The position numbers were made by a program, and so were the translations under genes. The notes under the pieces are model-generated. The model searched no databases and was not told the DNA's origin. It saw nothing but the letters and a program-made list of their open reading frames with translations. A stretch of DNA of 64,000 nucleotides from an uncultured Planctomycetota bacterium (lineage in GTDB: Bacteria > Planctomycetota > Planctomycetia > Isosphaerales > Isosphaeraceae), in NCBI GenBank assembly GCA_963845755.1, contig CAWJTV010000041.1:64001-128000 (forward strand). The letters run 5' to 3'. Below, piece by piece: positions 32,665 to 43,015 of this stretch (its first letter is position 1; each line of letters begins with the position of its first letter).

Positions 32665-32801
32665 CGGGAGTTGCATGGGCCTGGGTCCACGGACTATCCT
32701 CGACATCATCTGGCGGAGCGATGGCTCGGTTCGCGGGACCCTCGGTCCAGGTGCCGATGGCCGCCGAGCCCGCGCTTCGCCGTCGAGGAGACAACCCGAC
32801 C

Positions 32802-33634
32802 ATGATCCCGTCACGACGCATTCTTCCCGTGCTCTTCGGCCTGTGCCTGTTATCATGGGTGGCGTTCGGAGCCGGCCAACAGGTGTTGGTGACGCAAGAG
32901 ACCCGGGACCCGTTGCAGAAACAGAAGACGCGGCAGCTCCCCGAGCAGGTCGAGACCGACATCGTGACCCGAGAGGCATACTGCCGGTGGGCTGTCAGTC
33001 CGCCCGTGCTCGACGGCAAGCTCGACGACCGTTGCTGGCAGGACGCGGTGGCGATCGGGCAGTTCGCCTCCTACTGGGATAAGGAGAAAACTCCCCGAGC
33101 CGGGACCACGCCTACATCATGTGGGATGACGAGGCGCTCTACTACGGCGGCACGATGAACGACAACGAACTTCGTTCGTATGGGACGAAGCGGAACGATA
33201 CCCTCTGGGACGGCGATGTGTTCGAGATGTTCCTGAAACCGAATGCCGAGAAGCCCCCGTATTACGAATTCCAGGCCAATCCCCGCGAGTTCATCTTCGA
33301 GTGCTTCTTCCCCAGGCGGGGCGACATTCCCAAGGACTTCACCAAGGCTCCGCGCCTGGGCAACAAGGCGGTTGTCAGCCTGAACGGGACGCTCGACCAG
33401 CCGGGCGACCGCGACAAGGGTTGGGCCGTCGAGGGCCGGATCCCCTGGACGGCGTTCGAGCCCACCGGCGGCAAGCCGAAGTCGGGCGACGTCTGGCGGT
33501 TCGCCATTTGTCGCTACGACTACGGTCCCGAGGGGACCAAGCCCGTCTTGATGAGCTCCGCGCCGCTGACCCGGGCGAACTTCCATCATCATGAGGATTA
33601 CGGCAAGCTCCACTTCGAAGGCCCACGCAAGTAG
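32802..33634 (+). CDS. Secreted carbohydrate-binding family 9-like protein (frameshift near 33110)
   Basis: Signal peptide; PVLDGKLDDRCW, MWDDEALY, DVFEMFL, YYEFQANP, GWAVEGRIPW, WRFAICRYDY. Confidence 0.82.
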
Positions 33635-33730
33635 ACCGTATCCACACGGGAGGGTGGCAACGAGTCGGTCCGGTGAGTTCGCAACAGTCTCGATACATCG
33701 CAAACCGACGGGGAAGCGGATCGAACACAT

Positions 33731-34184
33731 TCACCACAGAGTCCCAGAGCACACAGAGAAGTTCCACACGCGCCGTGATCCAAATCATCGCACGGGGATT
33801 CGTTTCCGCTTGGTAGATTGGCCCGCAAACCAGAATGAATAGAGTCGTCCTCCGTAGGCTCGCTGCGCCGTGTGCGCCTCTGGGGATTCCGAATTCCGGA
33901 TTCGAGATTCCGGATTCCCGGATCATTCCCCTTCGGGAATCCGGAATCTCGAATCGGGAATCCCGATGGGTTGCGGCCGAAGGCCGCGTCAGCGTCGTCC
34001 TCGCGTAGGATCCCTGCGCCGTGCGCGCCTCTGGGGATTCCGAATTCCGGATTCGAGATTCCGGATTCCCGGATCATTCCCCTTCGGGAATCCGGAATCG
34101 CGAATCGGGAATCCCGATGGGGTTGCGGCCGCAGGCCGCGTTAAGTATTTCAGTTTCTCTGTGTGCTCTGTGGCTCTGTGGTGA
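33731..34184. repeat. Composite repeat element: 30-bp terminal inverted repeats enclosing a tandem ~150-bp duplication
   Basis: TCACCACAGAGTCCCAGAGCACACAGAGAA (33731-33760) matches the reverse complement of 34155-34184 at 28/30. Internal units at about 33844-33991 and 33993-34143 each hold inverted heptamers and a GCGGCCG(A/C)AGGCCGC hairpin. Confidence 0.8.
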
Positions 34185-34235
34185 GATATCCGGATTAGTG
34201 CAAAGTTGTGTGGCGATCCGCCGAGCGGCCTCGAT

Positions 34236-37200
34236 TCATCTCGTCCCGCCCGACGCGGGCGGTGGATTGGCCAGCTCGCGCTTCGAGAGCAGGTACGCGA
34301 TCAGTCGATAGAAATCCTCCTCGGGGATTTGATCGACCAGGTTGGCCGGCATCGGAGACAACTGCGAGGTCTGGCGCTCCTGGACGGTCGACCGGGGTAC
34401 GCGGACCTCCTTTCCCTGGGCGTCGGCCAGGACCAGCACCTCGCCCTCCTCGCGCAGCAGAAGTCCCGAGACGACCTGGCCGTTCTCGAGGGAGAGGTTG
34501 GTGGTCCGGAACGCCTGGTCCACGTTGCGATTCGGGTCGAGGATATCCTCGACGAGGCGGTCGACGCCGCGGCTGCCGATGCCGTCGAGTTGCGGCCCGA
34601 TCCGCGCGCCCTTGCCGCCGACCTGGTGGCAGATCCCGCAGTGTTTCTCGAACACGGGGTTCCCGGGTTCGGGCTGATGGGCCGCCGTGCGGAAGCCGGC
34701 GCGTCGGCGATCGATCAAGCGCGCCGAGCTTCTGGTCGGCGGGAGGGAGACCGGCGAGGAGGGATTTGAGCCGCTCCTGCAACCGCCGGGGTTTCGCCTG
34801 CTGGAGCGCCAGGGCGACGCGCTGATCCTGGAGCAATCTCGCCGAAGCCTTGCCGGCCGCGATCGCATCCAGGAGCGCCTCGGCGCCGGCGCGACTGCGG
34901 GCCAGTCCCACGGCGATCGCGGCCTGGAGCGATCCGGGCGCCAGGGAGACGATCTCGACCAGCAGGCGCGGCGCCTCCGGGCGACCGCTCGCGGCGAAGA
35001 GCCCGGCGGCAGTCTCGCGAAGTTCGATCGGCGCGGCCGGGTCACGCAGCACGTTCGCGACGACCGGACCGTTGTTCGCGGGGTCGATCGCCATCAGGGC
35101 CGTCAGCGCGGAGGAACGTTGTGCCGACGGTGCGGTCATCTTCTCCGCGACGTCCTTGAGTGTCCCCTGGACTTCCTTGAGATGGAGCCCGCTGGCCAGC
35201 TCGATCCCCAGGTTCATGGTCCCGGGGTCGTTCGACCCCAGGAGCGATCGGGCATGCGCGACCGCGAGCTCGTGCATCGCCGCGCCCGGTGGCGCCCCGC
35301 GTTCCTGGAACCCTTGATGCGCCGCCTTGATCAGCTCGGCCTGAACGTGTTGGCCGTGCCGCTCGGCGCGGCCGACCAGCCCGGTCAAGCCGCCGATCTG
35401 GTCGAGTGCCCCGTACCGGGCGATGTGGTGGACGAAGCGGAGCTGGTTCTCCGCCGTCTCGTCCGACTTCTGGAGGTAGGCCAGCAAGTACCCGGCCGCT
35501 TGCGGCGACGGGACGCCCAGCGCGACCTCGGCGATGTCGCGGCGATCGCGTTCGGAGAGCCCGAGCGTCTCCAGTCCGCTCCAGACGTCGGCGGTCTTCA
35601 ACTGGTCCCGCAGCGCCATGCGCGTGACGTGGACGAGATGGGTATCGTCGGCCGGGGTTGTCTGGCGGAGGGCCAGCAGCGGGCGGACGTTCGCCAGGGC
35701 CGGATGCGCCCGAGCACTTCGGCCGCGGCGCGGCGGACGAACGGGTCCGTGTCGTTCAGGGCGTGCAGGGCCAGCCCGTGCGACGGCTCCGGAAGCTCAT
35801 TCCGCTCGATCAACGTCTTGAGGTGATGGACTCTCAACTCGCGATCCGGGTCCGTCGCGGCATTGAGCCAGATGGTCTCGTCAACGGCACCCAGACGCTG
35901 CAACACCCACAATCCGTGTACGCGCTGGCGGGCCGGCGATTCGTGCCTCATGATCGAGCGAATCGCGATCGCGACATCCTCACCCCGTTTCCCATGCTCG
36001 ACGAGCTGGTTGGCCGCCGAGAGCCGCACGCTCAGGTTGGGATGGCCGAGGTCGGCGATCAGGTCGTTGACGGAGGACCTGGTCCGATCGATGGCCGGCG
36101 GGGCAGGGGGCTGCTTGCCGTCGGTTCCCCGGTAGACGATCCGCCAGATTCGGCCGCTGGTGCGATCCCGGCCCGGGTGGGTCAGCGACACTTCATAGTG
36201 TCCGATGATCCGGTTGTAGAAGTCGGCGACGTAGAGCGCACCGTCGGGGCCGAGCTCGATGTTGACGGGACGGAACCAGTTATCCTCGCTCCAGACGAAG
36301 TCGGGCTGCTCGATCCCCTTGGGTGTCGAGCCGTGCCACTCGATCCGGTCGTGGTTAACCCGGTTGGTGACGACGTTGCCGATGAAGACCGTGCCGCGAT
36401 ACGCCTCGGGGAACTGGTCGGCCGCGTAATAGCTGATGCCGGCGATCCCCGTCGAGCCGTGGTCGTGGGTCACCATCTCGGGGCCGAAACCCAGGCCGTC
36501 ATCCGGCTTGCCGAAGCTGGGATACCAGGCGCCCCGGAGGAGCTGATAGACCGGTCGGCTGTGACAATCGCAGGAATAGAGGTTGCCCAGCGGGTCGAAC
36601 GCCAGTCCGAATGGGTTGACCTGCCCGTGGGTGAGGTACTCGGCGTGCGAGCCGTCGGGCCGGATCCGGTAGGTGTTGCCCGAGTTCATGTGGATCGATC
36701 GATGGTCGCTCCCCTGGACGTTCGAGTCGTTCGCATAGCCGTGACAGGCGTAGATCCAGCCATCAAAGCCCCAGGTAAACGCGTTGGTCATCCCGTGTGT
36801 GTCGCGATGGCCGATGATGCCGTAGTGCACCTGGCGCACGTCGGCCCTGCCGTCGCCATCGGTGTCCCGCATCAAGTAAATGTTCGGGATGGTGTGGATG
36901 ATCGCCTCCCGGCCGGACGGATACGGCAAGAGACCGATCGGGATGTTCAGACCGTCGGCGAAGGTCTGGATCTTGCCGGCGCGGCCGTCGGGCCGGAACT
37001 CCGAGAGGATCTTCACCGAGTCGCGGCCGGGTGTCCCTTCCGGCTTCGGGAACGGGTATTCGACGGTATCCGTCACCCAGAGCCGTCCGAGGTCGTCGAA
37101 GGCCAGGTTCAGCGGCTTGTGGATCTCCGGCTCCGGCGGCGACCAGTTGAATCTCGAAGCCCGGCGGGACGTGGAGGGCCTTGCGCTCCTCGTCCGGCGA

Positions 37201-37323
37201 TCGGTGCGGGAACGAGGAGACATTCTCGACCGGAGCCGGTTTCTGGGCGCGGACCAGATCCGGGCCAACGGTAAAAAGTGCCATAACGAGGAGCCCGGGC
37301 AGGTACACGCGCGGAATCGGCAT
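34236..37323 (-). CDS. PVC-type heme-binding CxxCH membrane-bound dehydrogenase protein (about 3 frameshifts)
   Basis: VPPGFEIQLVA, LAFDDLGRLWV, DTDGDGRAD, NPFGLAFD, FRPVNIELGPDGALYVADFYN; HEAT-like repeats; CGICH; IGPQLDG; SPMP. Confidence 0.9.
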
Positions 37324-38506
37324 CACATCTCTCCAGAAGGTCCTTGTCCCGATCACGGGCGGGATTCGGTATCGTCCAAACCTCTGTTTTAGGGCGTCGC
37401 CTCGTTGCGCTCAAGCCATTGGTGACACGGTTGCTCGCGCTGCGGGTCGCGCTGCGAGGTCCTGCCATTCTGGCATCTTGCCTTGTTCGATCGGACGAGG
37501 TCATTGCGTGCCGTCATCCAACGTCGCCGAGGCTGAATGCAAGCATGATCGTGTCGATTGGCTTCGTTTTATCGATTTCGGGCAGGAGTGCGTGACCGTT
37601 TGGAGTCTCTTGGAGCTTGGATGCAAGCATAACCACGACGAACTGGCTTCGTTTTCGCCGTTAGGCGGCGGGGCCTGGTGGGTTTGTTCGCGCGATTCGG
37701 TGCGAAAGTCTGGGTGATCCGCACAATCGATACTTTCCAGATAACGCGATGCAGCGTTCGAGCAGGGTACTCGCTGGATTTCGGACGGCCGACCGTCTGC
37801 ACGGATGGTCACTCAGTGGCACAGACTGGCGACTTTTTGGGCGGCTGAAAATCCGTTTCTCGGCTTGCGACCCGGGGTTGGGGCGTCCGACACGGAAACC
37901 TGGGTCATGGTCTCTCCAGGGTGGTCCATGGTCGGTGGCCCGTGGTCAGGAATTGTAAGGAAGAGAATGGGGAGATCAGACGGCAGTCTGATGATTCTCT
38001 GATCTGAAGACAAAGCCTTGGGCACGACGGAAGTGATCCGTGAGAACGGGAATCGGGCCTGCGTGGGACGGCATCCTGGGCCGAGCGATCTCAGAGAATT
38101 CCCGCGCAAGACCCCTATAAATAGTATAACGCCACTTTCGAATTCCGTTAATGCACCTACTGTGGAATTGGCCGATTTTTTCGACACAACCCTTGAGATG
38201 ACTGAGCGATACGAAAATCTTGACGATTTTACAACCAGGATGACTCGCGTCCGGCCGATTTCCACGAAGTCATGTTGCGATGTCTCACCAAGTCCCCGGA
38301 CGATCGATTCTCCGACGTCTCCAGGCGCGGGAGAAGGCTCTCTCGGGATGATCGGGATTGGTCCGAGGACGGCGCCGCCGAATGGTGGCGATCCCGGCGT
38401 GAGGGACAAGAGAGTCGGGAGCCGAAGGATCGCAGTTCGTGAGCAATTCCTGCGGAAGGCGACAATTCCGCCCTCTGAAACGTGTCGAGGACGCTACGCT
38501 TGCCAG

Positions 38507-38800
38507 TCACGGGAGATGGATAAGGTCTCGCTCGACTTCCGCCCGCATCGCGGGTCGGAGCGTATCGGGGGTGCCGAGATCGACCGGGCAGTCCAGCATG
38601 TCCTCCAGGTCGAGCTTCAGACCCATGAAGCGGTCGAAGTCGGCTTTTCCGTCGAAGGTCACGAGGTTGTCGACGTCGCTCCCATCCCGATCGTCGCCCC
38701 GAGCGATCGAGCCGAAGACGGCCAATGATCGGATCCCGTAGGACTGGCGCAGGGCGGGAGCCTCGGCTTTCAGACGGTCGAGGATCGCCTTTCGGTTCAT
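38507..38800 (-). CDS. Minimal nucleotidyltransferase (MNT/MntA-type antitoxin)
   Basis: YGIRSLAVFGSIARGDDRDGSDVDNLV...LKLDLEDMLDCPVDL; GGAG RBS. Confidence 0.9.
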   Translation of the reverse strand: MNRKAILDRLKAEAPALRQSYGIRSLAVFGSIARGDDRDGSDVDNLVTFDGKADFDRFMGLKLDLEDMLDCPVDLGTPDTLRPAMRAEVERDLIHLP

Positions 38801-38921
38801 GTCGGCGACTCCGGTCCGGTCAACGAGACGATCTCAACGTCCGGATTCTATCTCATGCGGGAGGACCTGGTCCATTTCGGGACGAAATCGCCGGCGGTGA
38901 GGATCGCCTTCGATCCTCACA

Positions 38922-41405
38922 TTATCCTTTTCGCAGAAGCCAGCGTCGGAACAGCGGTGCACGCAGCCGGAAGTTGTCGCCTTCGGTGACAACGAGCAGC
39001 CGGCGCTTCAGCGAGCCGGCCACGGCGTTATCCGCGGGCGGCGGCTGGGTTTCTCGCATCCGAAAACCCTGGAGGTAGTCGAGCTCGCCCGCCATCCGGT
39101 TCTCGCGGATCAGCAACGCGTGAAATACGATGTCCCCTCGGACGACCGCCTCATCGAGCGCCGACTCCCACATCGTGGCGTCGAGCCGATGCTGGCCGGA
39201 TTCGTTGAGCAAGTCAACCACGGTTTCGGCGATCAACTGCACCAGGTGCGGCCACCCGCCCGCCTCGGCGTGGATGCGCTCGATCCCACCGTCGCCCCAG
39301 AAGGCCGGCGAGAAATGAGGCCGTTCGCGATCGCTCAGCCAGAGGGTCGCGTGCTTGAGTGGCTCGGTCAGGAGGAGCCGCGTTTCGTCCTCGGTGAACG
39401 GCGGGACCTCGACCGTTCGCGCGCTGACGAGGTATGAGGTCCACGGGGCGGCGGTCAACTCCTCGATCTCGTGGCTCCCCGCGAGCAGCCAGGTCAGGTT
39501 CCTGTGCGATTGGATCGACTCCTGAATCAGCGCGAGCAGGTCTTCCGAGAAGACCTTCTCACCGATCTTGCGATCGATGTTCTCATACTCGTCGAGCGCC
39601 AGGATCAACCGCCGATTCTTGTTCGCGAGCGCCCGGTTGCAGTCTGCAAGGAGCCACTCCAGCCCCCGCAGGTCGCCCGGAGGATCGTCCTCCAGTTCAC
39701 ATGCCTTCTGCAGCCGCGTCCCTACCAGTTCGCAGAACGATTGGAGCGAAGTGAACGCCTTCGCTTCCTGCATCGAGATCACGACCACGCGAACGCTGCT
39801 CGGGAGGAACCCGCTCAGATTCTTGAGCACAGTTGACTTGCCCATCCGCCTGCGTCCGTAGAACACGACACCGGGACAATCGGTCGCGAGCATGACATGC
39901 CGCTCCAGTCGGCCGAAAACCCGATCCCGAGGAACGAAAGCCTCCCGATTTCGATCGACGGGCAAGCCCGCGTGGAAGACCTGGACCGTCAGCTCACGGC
40001 TTGCGATGCGACGAATCTCGTCCCGCTGTCGCTCTGCGATGACTCGCCACCGCTCGGCTGCCGCCAGGAACTCGGAGGCGAGCGGTTCTTGAAGTTTGGC
40101 GACTCGATGGCGGAAGTTCTCCACGGCCGTGCACAAGGCTTGCGCATAGGTCTCGCGAAAAACCGGACGGTCCATCGCGTTCAATCGCGTCTGCAACAGC
40201 GCGATCTCGCCGGCCATCCTGCGGACGTCCTCGGTTTCTGCCAGGAACCCCTTTTCTCCCTCCGGGAGACTCGCCACGATCTCGCCGAGGCGTATCAAGT
40301 CGGAGGCCCGTCCCGCCTCGCGGGCCAGGAGCCGCGCCCGCGCGCGCAAGGCGGGCGTCCGCTGGCTCGGGTAGTGGTCGATCAGTCGCTCGATCTCCAC
40401 GATCCCCGCGGAGGGCTCCTGTTCCGCGTAGGCCGCGAGAAGATGGTCCAGGTCTCGGAACGGGACCGAGCAGCAGTCGTCCCAGGCCACAGGGTGGAAG
40501 GGATACCAGTTGAACCGCGCCTTCGGCCAGATGAAGAGCAGACTGACCAGATTGTAGTAGTAACGTAGGACAGCGATCACGACGACGGTCCCGACAGCGA
40601 TCCCGATACCTATGCCGACACCTATCCCGATCGCTATCCCGATGGCGATCCCGACGATGATGCCGACGGCGATCCCGATGGCTATGCCCAACGTGATCCC
40701 GAACGTGATCCCGAACGCGATCTCTCCGGCGCCCTCGAAATTGACGCCGAAGGCGATCCCGAACGGGACACCGAAGGCAATGCCGAAGGCGATCCCGAAG
40801 GCGATCCCGAACGGGACACCGAAGGCGATCCCGAAGGCGATCCCGAATGGGACGCCGAAGGTGATCCCGAAGGCGATCCCAATGGTGATCCCGATGGCGA
40901 ACCCATCGGCGATCCCGATGACAATCCCGAAGGCGATCCCGATGGCGACTCCGATGGTAACTCCGACAGCGAACCCATCGGCGATCCCGACGGCGACCCC
41001 GATCGTGATCCCGAAGGTGACCCCGAAAGTGATGCCATCCGCGCTTCCGATGCCAATCCCGACCCCGATCCCGATGGCGATCCCGATCCCGATCCCAATA
41101 GCCATTCCGACGGCAATCCCGACGCCGTGGGAAAGGAGGGACGCTGTAAGGGTTATGGTGGTTTTTTCGGCCGAAAGGCCGAGTGCCCCGAACAGCAGGC
41201 CGCGACCGAGGACGCAGGTGAGAGCGACGAGAGGCAATGCATGGGCCACCAGCCGCAAGCCGGCTTCGATTTGTTGTGACGTCGCGCCGGTCTGAAGGGC
41301 TTCGTAGAATCGCTTGGGCTTTCGATAGAGCAAAGCGAGCCACCACAGGGCGTGCTTTTGGTCGCTCCAGCGGAGCCGGATCTCGTGCAACGGCCTGGGT
41401 ATCAT
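38922..41405 (-). CDS. Membrane protein with Gly-x-x-x repeat region and C-terminal STAND-like AAA+ ATPase
   Basis: Start MIPRPLHEIRL overlaps the upstream stop (ATGA). About 180 aa of GIAF/GIAI/GVPF repeats; Walker A YGRRRMGKST; Walker B LILALDEYE; AGSH; GGWPHLVQ (GxP). Confidence 0.85.
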   Translation of the reverse strand: MIPRPLHEIRLRWSDQKHALWWLALLYRKPKRFYEALQTGATSQQIEAGLRLVAHALPLVALTCVLGRGLLFGALGLSAEKTTITLTASLLSHGVGIAVGMAIGIGIGIAIGIGVGIGIGSADGITFGVTFGITIGVAVGIADGFAVGVTIGVAIGIAFGIVIGIADGFAIGITIGIAFGITFGVPFGIAFGIAFGVPFGIAFGIAFGIAFGVPFGIAFGVNFEGAGEIAFGITFGITLGIAIGIAVGIIVGIAIGIAIGIGVGIGIGIAVGTVVVIAVLRYYYNLVSLLFIWPKARFNWYPFHPVAWDDCCSVPFRDLDHLLAAYAEQEPSAGIVEIERLIDHYPSQRTPALRARARLLAREAGRASDLIRLGEIVASLPEGEKGFLAETEDVRRMAGEIALLQTRLNAMDRPVFRETYAQALCTAVENFRHRVAKLQEPLASEFLAAAERWRVIAERQRDEIRRIASRELTVQVFHAGLPVDRNREAFVPRDRVFGRLERHVMLATDCPGVVFYGRRRMGKSTVLKNLSGFLPSSVRVVVISMQEAKAFTSLQSFCELVGTRLQKACELEDDPPGDLRGLEWLLADCNRALANKNRRLILALDEYENIDRKIGEKVFSEDLLALIQESIQSHRNLTWLLAGSHEIEELTAAPWTSYLVSARTVEVPPFTEDETRLLLTEPLKHATLWLSDRERPHFSPAFWGDGGIERIHAEAGGWPHLVQLIAETVVDLLNESGQHRLDATMWESALDEAVVRGDIVFHALLIRENRMAGELDYLQGFRMRETQPPPADNAVAGSLKRRLLVVTEGDNFRLRAPLFRRWLLRKG
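40585..41130 (-). repeat. Degenerate 12-nt coding tandem repeat (Gly zipper)
   Basis: Variants of gcgatcccgaag repeated dozens of times, encoding Gly at every 4th residue. Confidence 0.85.
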
Positions 41406-42321
41406 GGCCGGCCCTTGAGTTCCACAGATTTTATGGTGATCGTCGACATGGGGTGGTTCTGCGGCAGGAGGCTCGTCAAGGGGGTCCGTGATTGGATCAG
41501 CAGGATGAGCTTGCGGTCTTCCATCAGGTCGCGGAGGGCCACGAATAGGTCGACTTCGTAATCGTCCAGTCGGTGGCTCACGTGGTCGAACGAGGTGAGG
41601 GCGAGACGCGGAGCCCGCGGCAAGGCTTTGAGAGCATGACCTAGCTCGACCAGATCCTTCGGCTTGTCTGGAACCCGGCCATGTCGCCGGCAACCACATT
41701 GCTTCAAGATCTCCTGGACCAGTGAGGGGCGAGACATCGCCTCGGTCGAGTCGAGCTTCACGACGCCCAGGCCGAGCGCGGGGTTGTGGCGGAGGTGATC
41801 GAGGAGCGGGCGCCAGCGGGCCTGGCCCATCACGACCAGGTTGACCGACTCGCCCCGATCGAGCTGAACCTGGACCTGGTCGTGGGCGCGGAGCCATTCG
41901 GCGCGGCGGAACCGAGGTCGAGCTTGCAGGTCTTCAGCAACAAGTCCCAGGGATCGGGCTTGCCATCGTCGCGCAGGTCCACGTAGAGCGGGTCGGGGCG
42001 CTTGATGGCCGGTGGCAATTTGCAATCGATTCGCAGGACGGGGATCGTGACTCCCCTTTCGAACTTGGGATCGCGGGCGATCGCCCGTTTCATCTCGTGC
42101 TGGCAGGGCTTGCTCGCCAGATACTCGGGTGATAGCACAAGGACGTTCAGCTCGGCACGGTCCTGGACATCGTCCATCTGCCGATAAACGGCTCGCGCCG
42201 CCTCGAACTGCTCACGGTCAATCAGCATCTCGGCGCCGGCAGCCCTCAATACGGGCACCAGGCGCTCCCACACCCATTCGCTCTGATGACGGCTATAACT
42301 GACGAAAACGGATGGGGTCAC
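41402..42321 (-). CDS. TIR-domain protein with C-terminal degenerate (inactive STAND-like) domain (frameshift near 41900)
   Basis: VFVSYSR...VLSPEYLASKPCQHEMKRA...IPVL (TIR with the catalytic-position Glu). The C-terminal part has SVNLVVMG, RLALTSFDH and LILLIQSRTPL but no GKS/T. GTG start with GGAG; alternative ATG at 42360. Confidence 0.82.
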
Positions 42322-42421
42322 GAGTGATCGCTCCGAGGTCGCCAGGTCGCGAGGAGGCATCAGTCCATGAATGCCGAGAGACTCCTGAGATCATAACCCT
42401 CCTCGCCGATCGAGAGAAGGG

Positions 42422-43015
42422 TCACTCCCTCCGGATCACGCGCCGGGCAATGACAGCCTCGAGCCAGGCCGTGCGTTCTTCCTCGGTCGCCGCGAACGGG
42501 GACCATTCCTCGCGGATGAGCGGCACGTCGATCGTGTCGCGATTGGCGGTGAGCAGGGTTTCGATATCGACCTGGTCCTGGGGTCGGAAGGCGACCATCT
42601 TGGTCAGGATCAGCCCCTCGGCCGTGGCCACCCGGACGGTGTGGCTCTCCGTCCATTCCAGGGGGGCGGCGGCGTCGAGCGTTCGGGAGTAGAGGGGGAG
42701 GACCGGCTTGAGCCAGTCGATGCGAACATGGCCGAACGAGAACGACGTCATATACTCCCGGACGTATTGCTTGATGACGAGAGCCGGGTCGAGGGCGAAA
42801 CCTCGTTGGACGAGGTCATCCAGCAGCCCGGGCAAGACGATCTGCGGGACGTCGAGGAGGAAGTCGGCATCCTGAGTGAACCGGGGACGGCCGCGCAGCA
42901 CGAATGCCAGTCCGCCGATGAGCGCGTAGCGGATCGAGCGGGCGTCGAACGCCTCGGCCAAGGATCCGACGGCCCGCACGGCATCGTCGGGCAAGAGATG
43001 GGAGTCAGCGCGCAT
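42422..43015 (-). CDS. Nucleotidyltransferase toxin-like protein (MenT1/AbiEii-like)
   Basis: YALIGGLAFVLRGRPRFTQDADF, VATAEGLILTK, RPQDQVDI. Confidence 0.8.
   Translation of the reverse strand: MRADSHLLPDDAVRAVGSLAEAFDARSIRYALIGGLAFVLRGRPRFTQDADFLLDVPQIVLPGLLDDLVQRGFALDPALVIKQYVREYMTSFSFGHVRIDWLKPVLPLYSRTLDAAAPLEWTESHTVRVATAEGLILTKMVAFRPQDQVDIETLLTANRDTIDVPLIREEWSPFAATEEERTAWLEAVIARRVIRRE

Noticed and set aside
33844..34143. CRISPR array (also considered for the heptamer arrays)
   Set aside because: No constant 23-47-nt repeats with unique spacers, and no cas genes.
35658..37274. 538-aa plus-strand ORF
   Set aside because: Antisense to the PVC-type heme protein.
37813..38409. 198-aa and overlapping 236-aa ORFs
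   Set aside because: Atypical codon use, no motifs and no RBS.
40612..41295. PKAI/PMAI-repeat and SGSP-repeat ORFs
   Set aside because: Alternative-frame and antisense products of the 12-nt Gly-zipper repeat.
41406..41897. N-terminal extension of the 991-aa ORF 38922..41897
   Set aside because: Pro/Arg-rich off-frame reading over the TIR gene's 3' half; the ATGA-coupled start at 41405 is more plausible.
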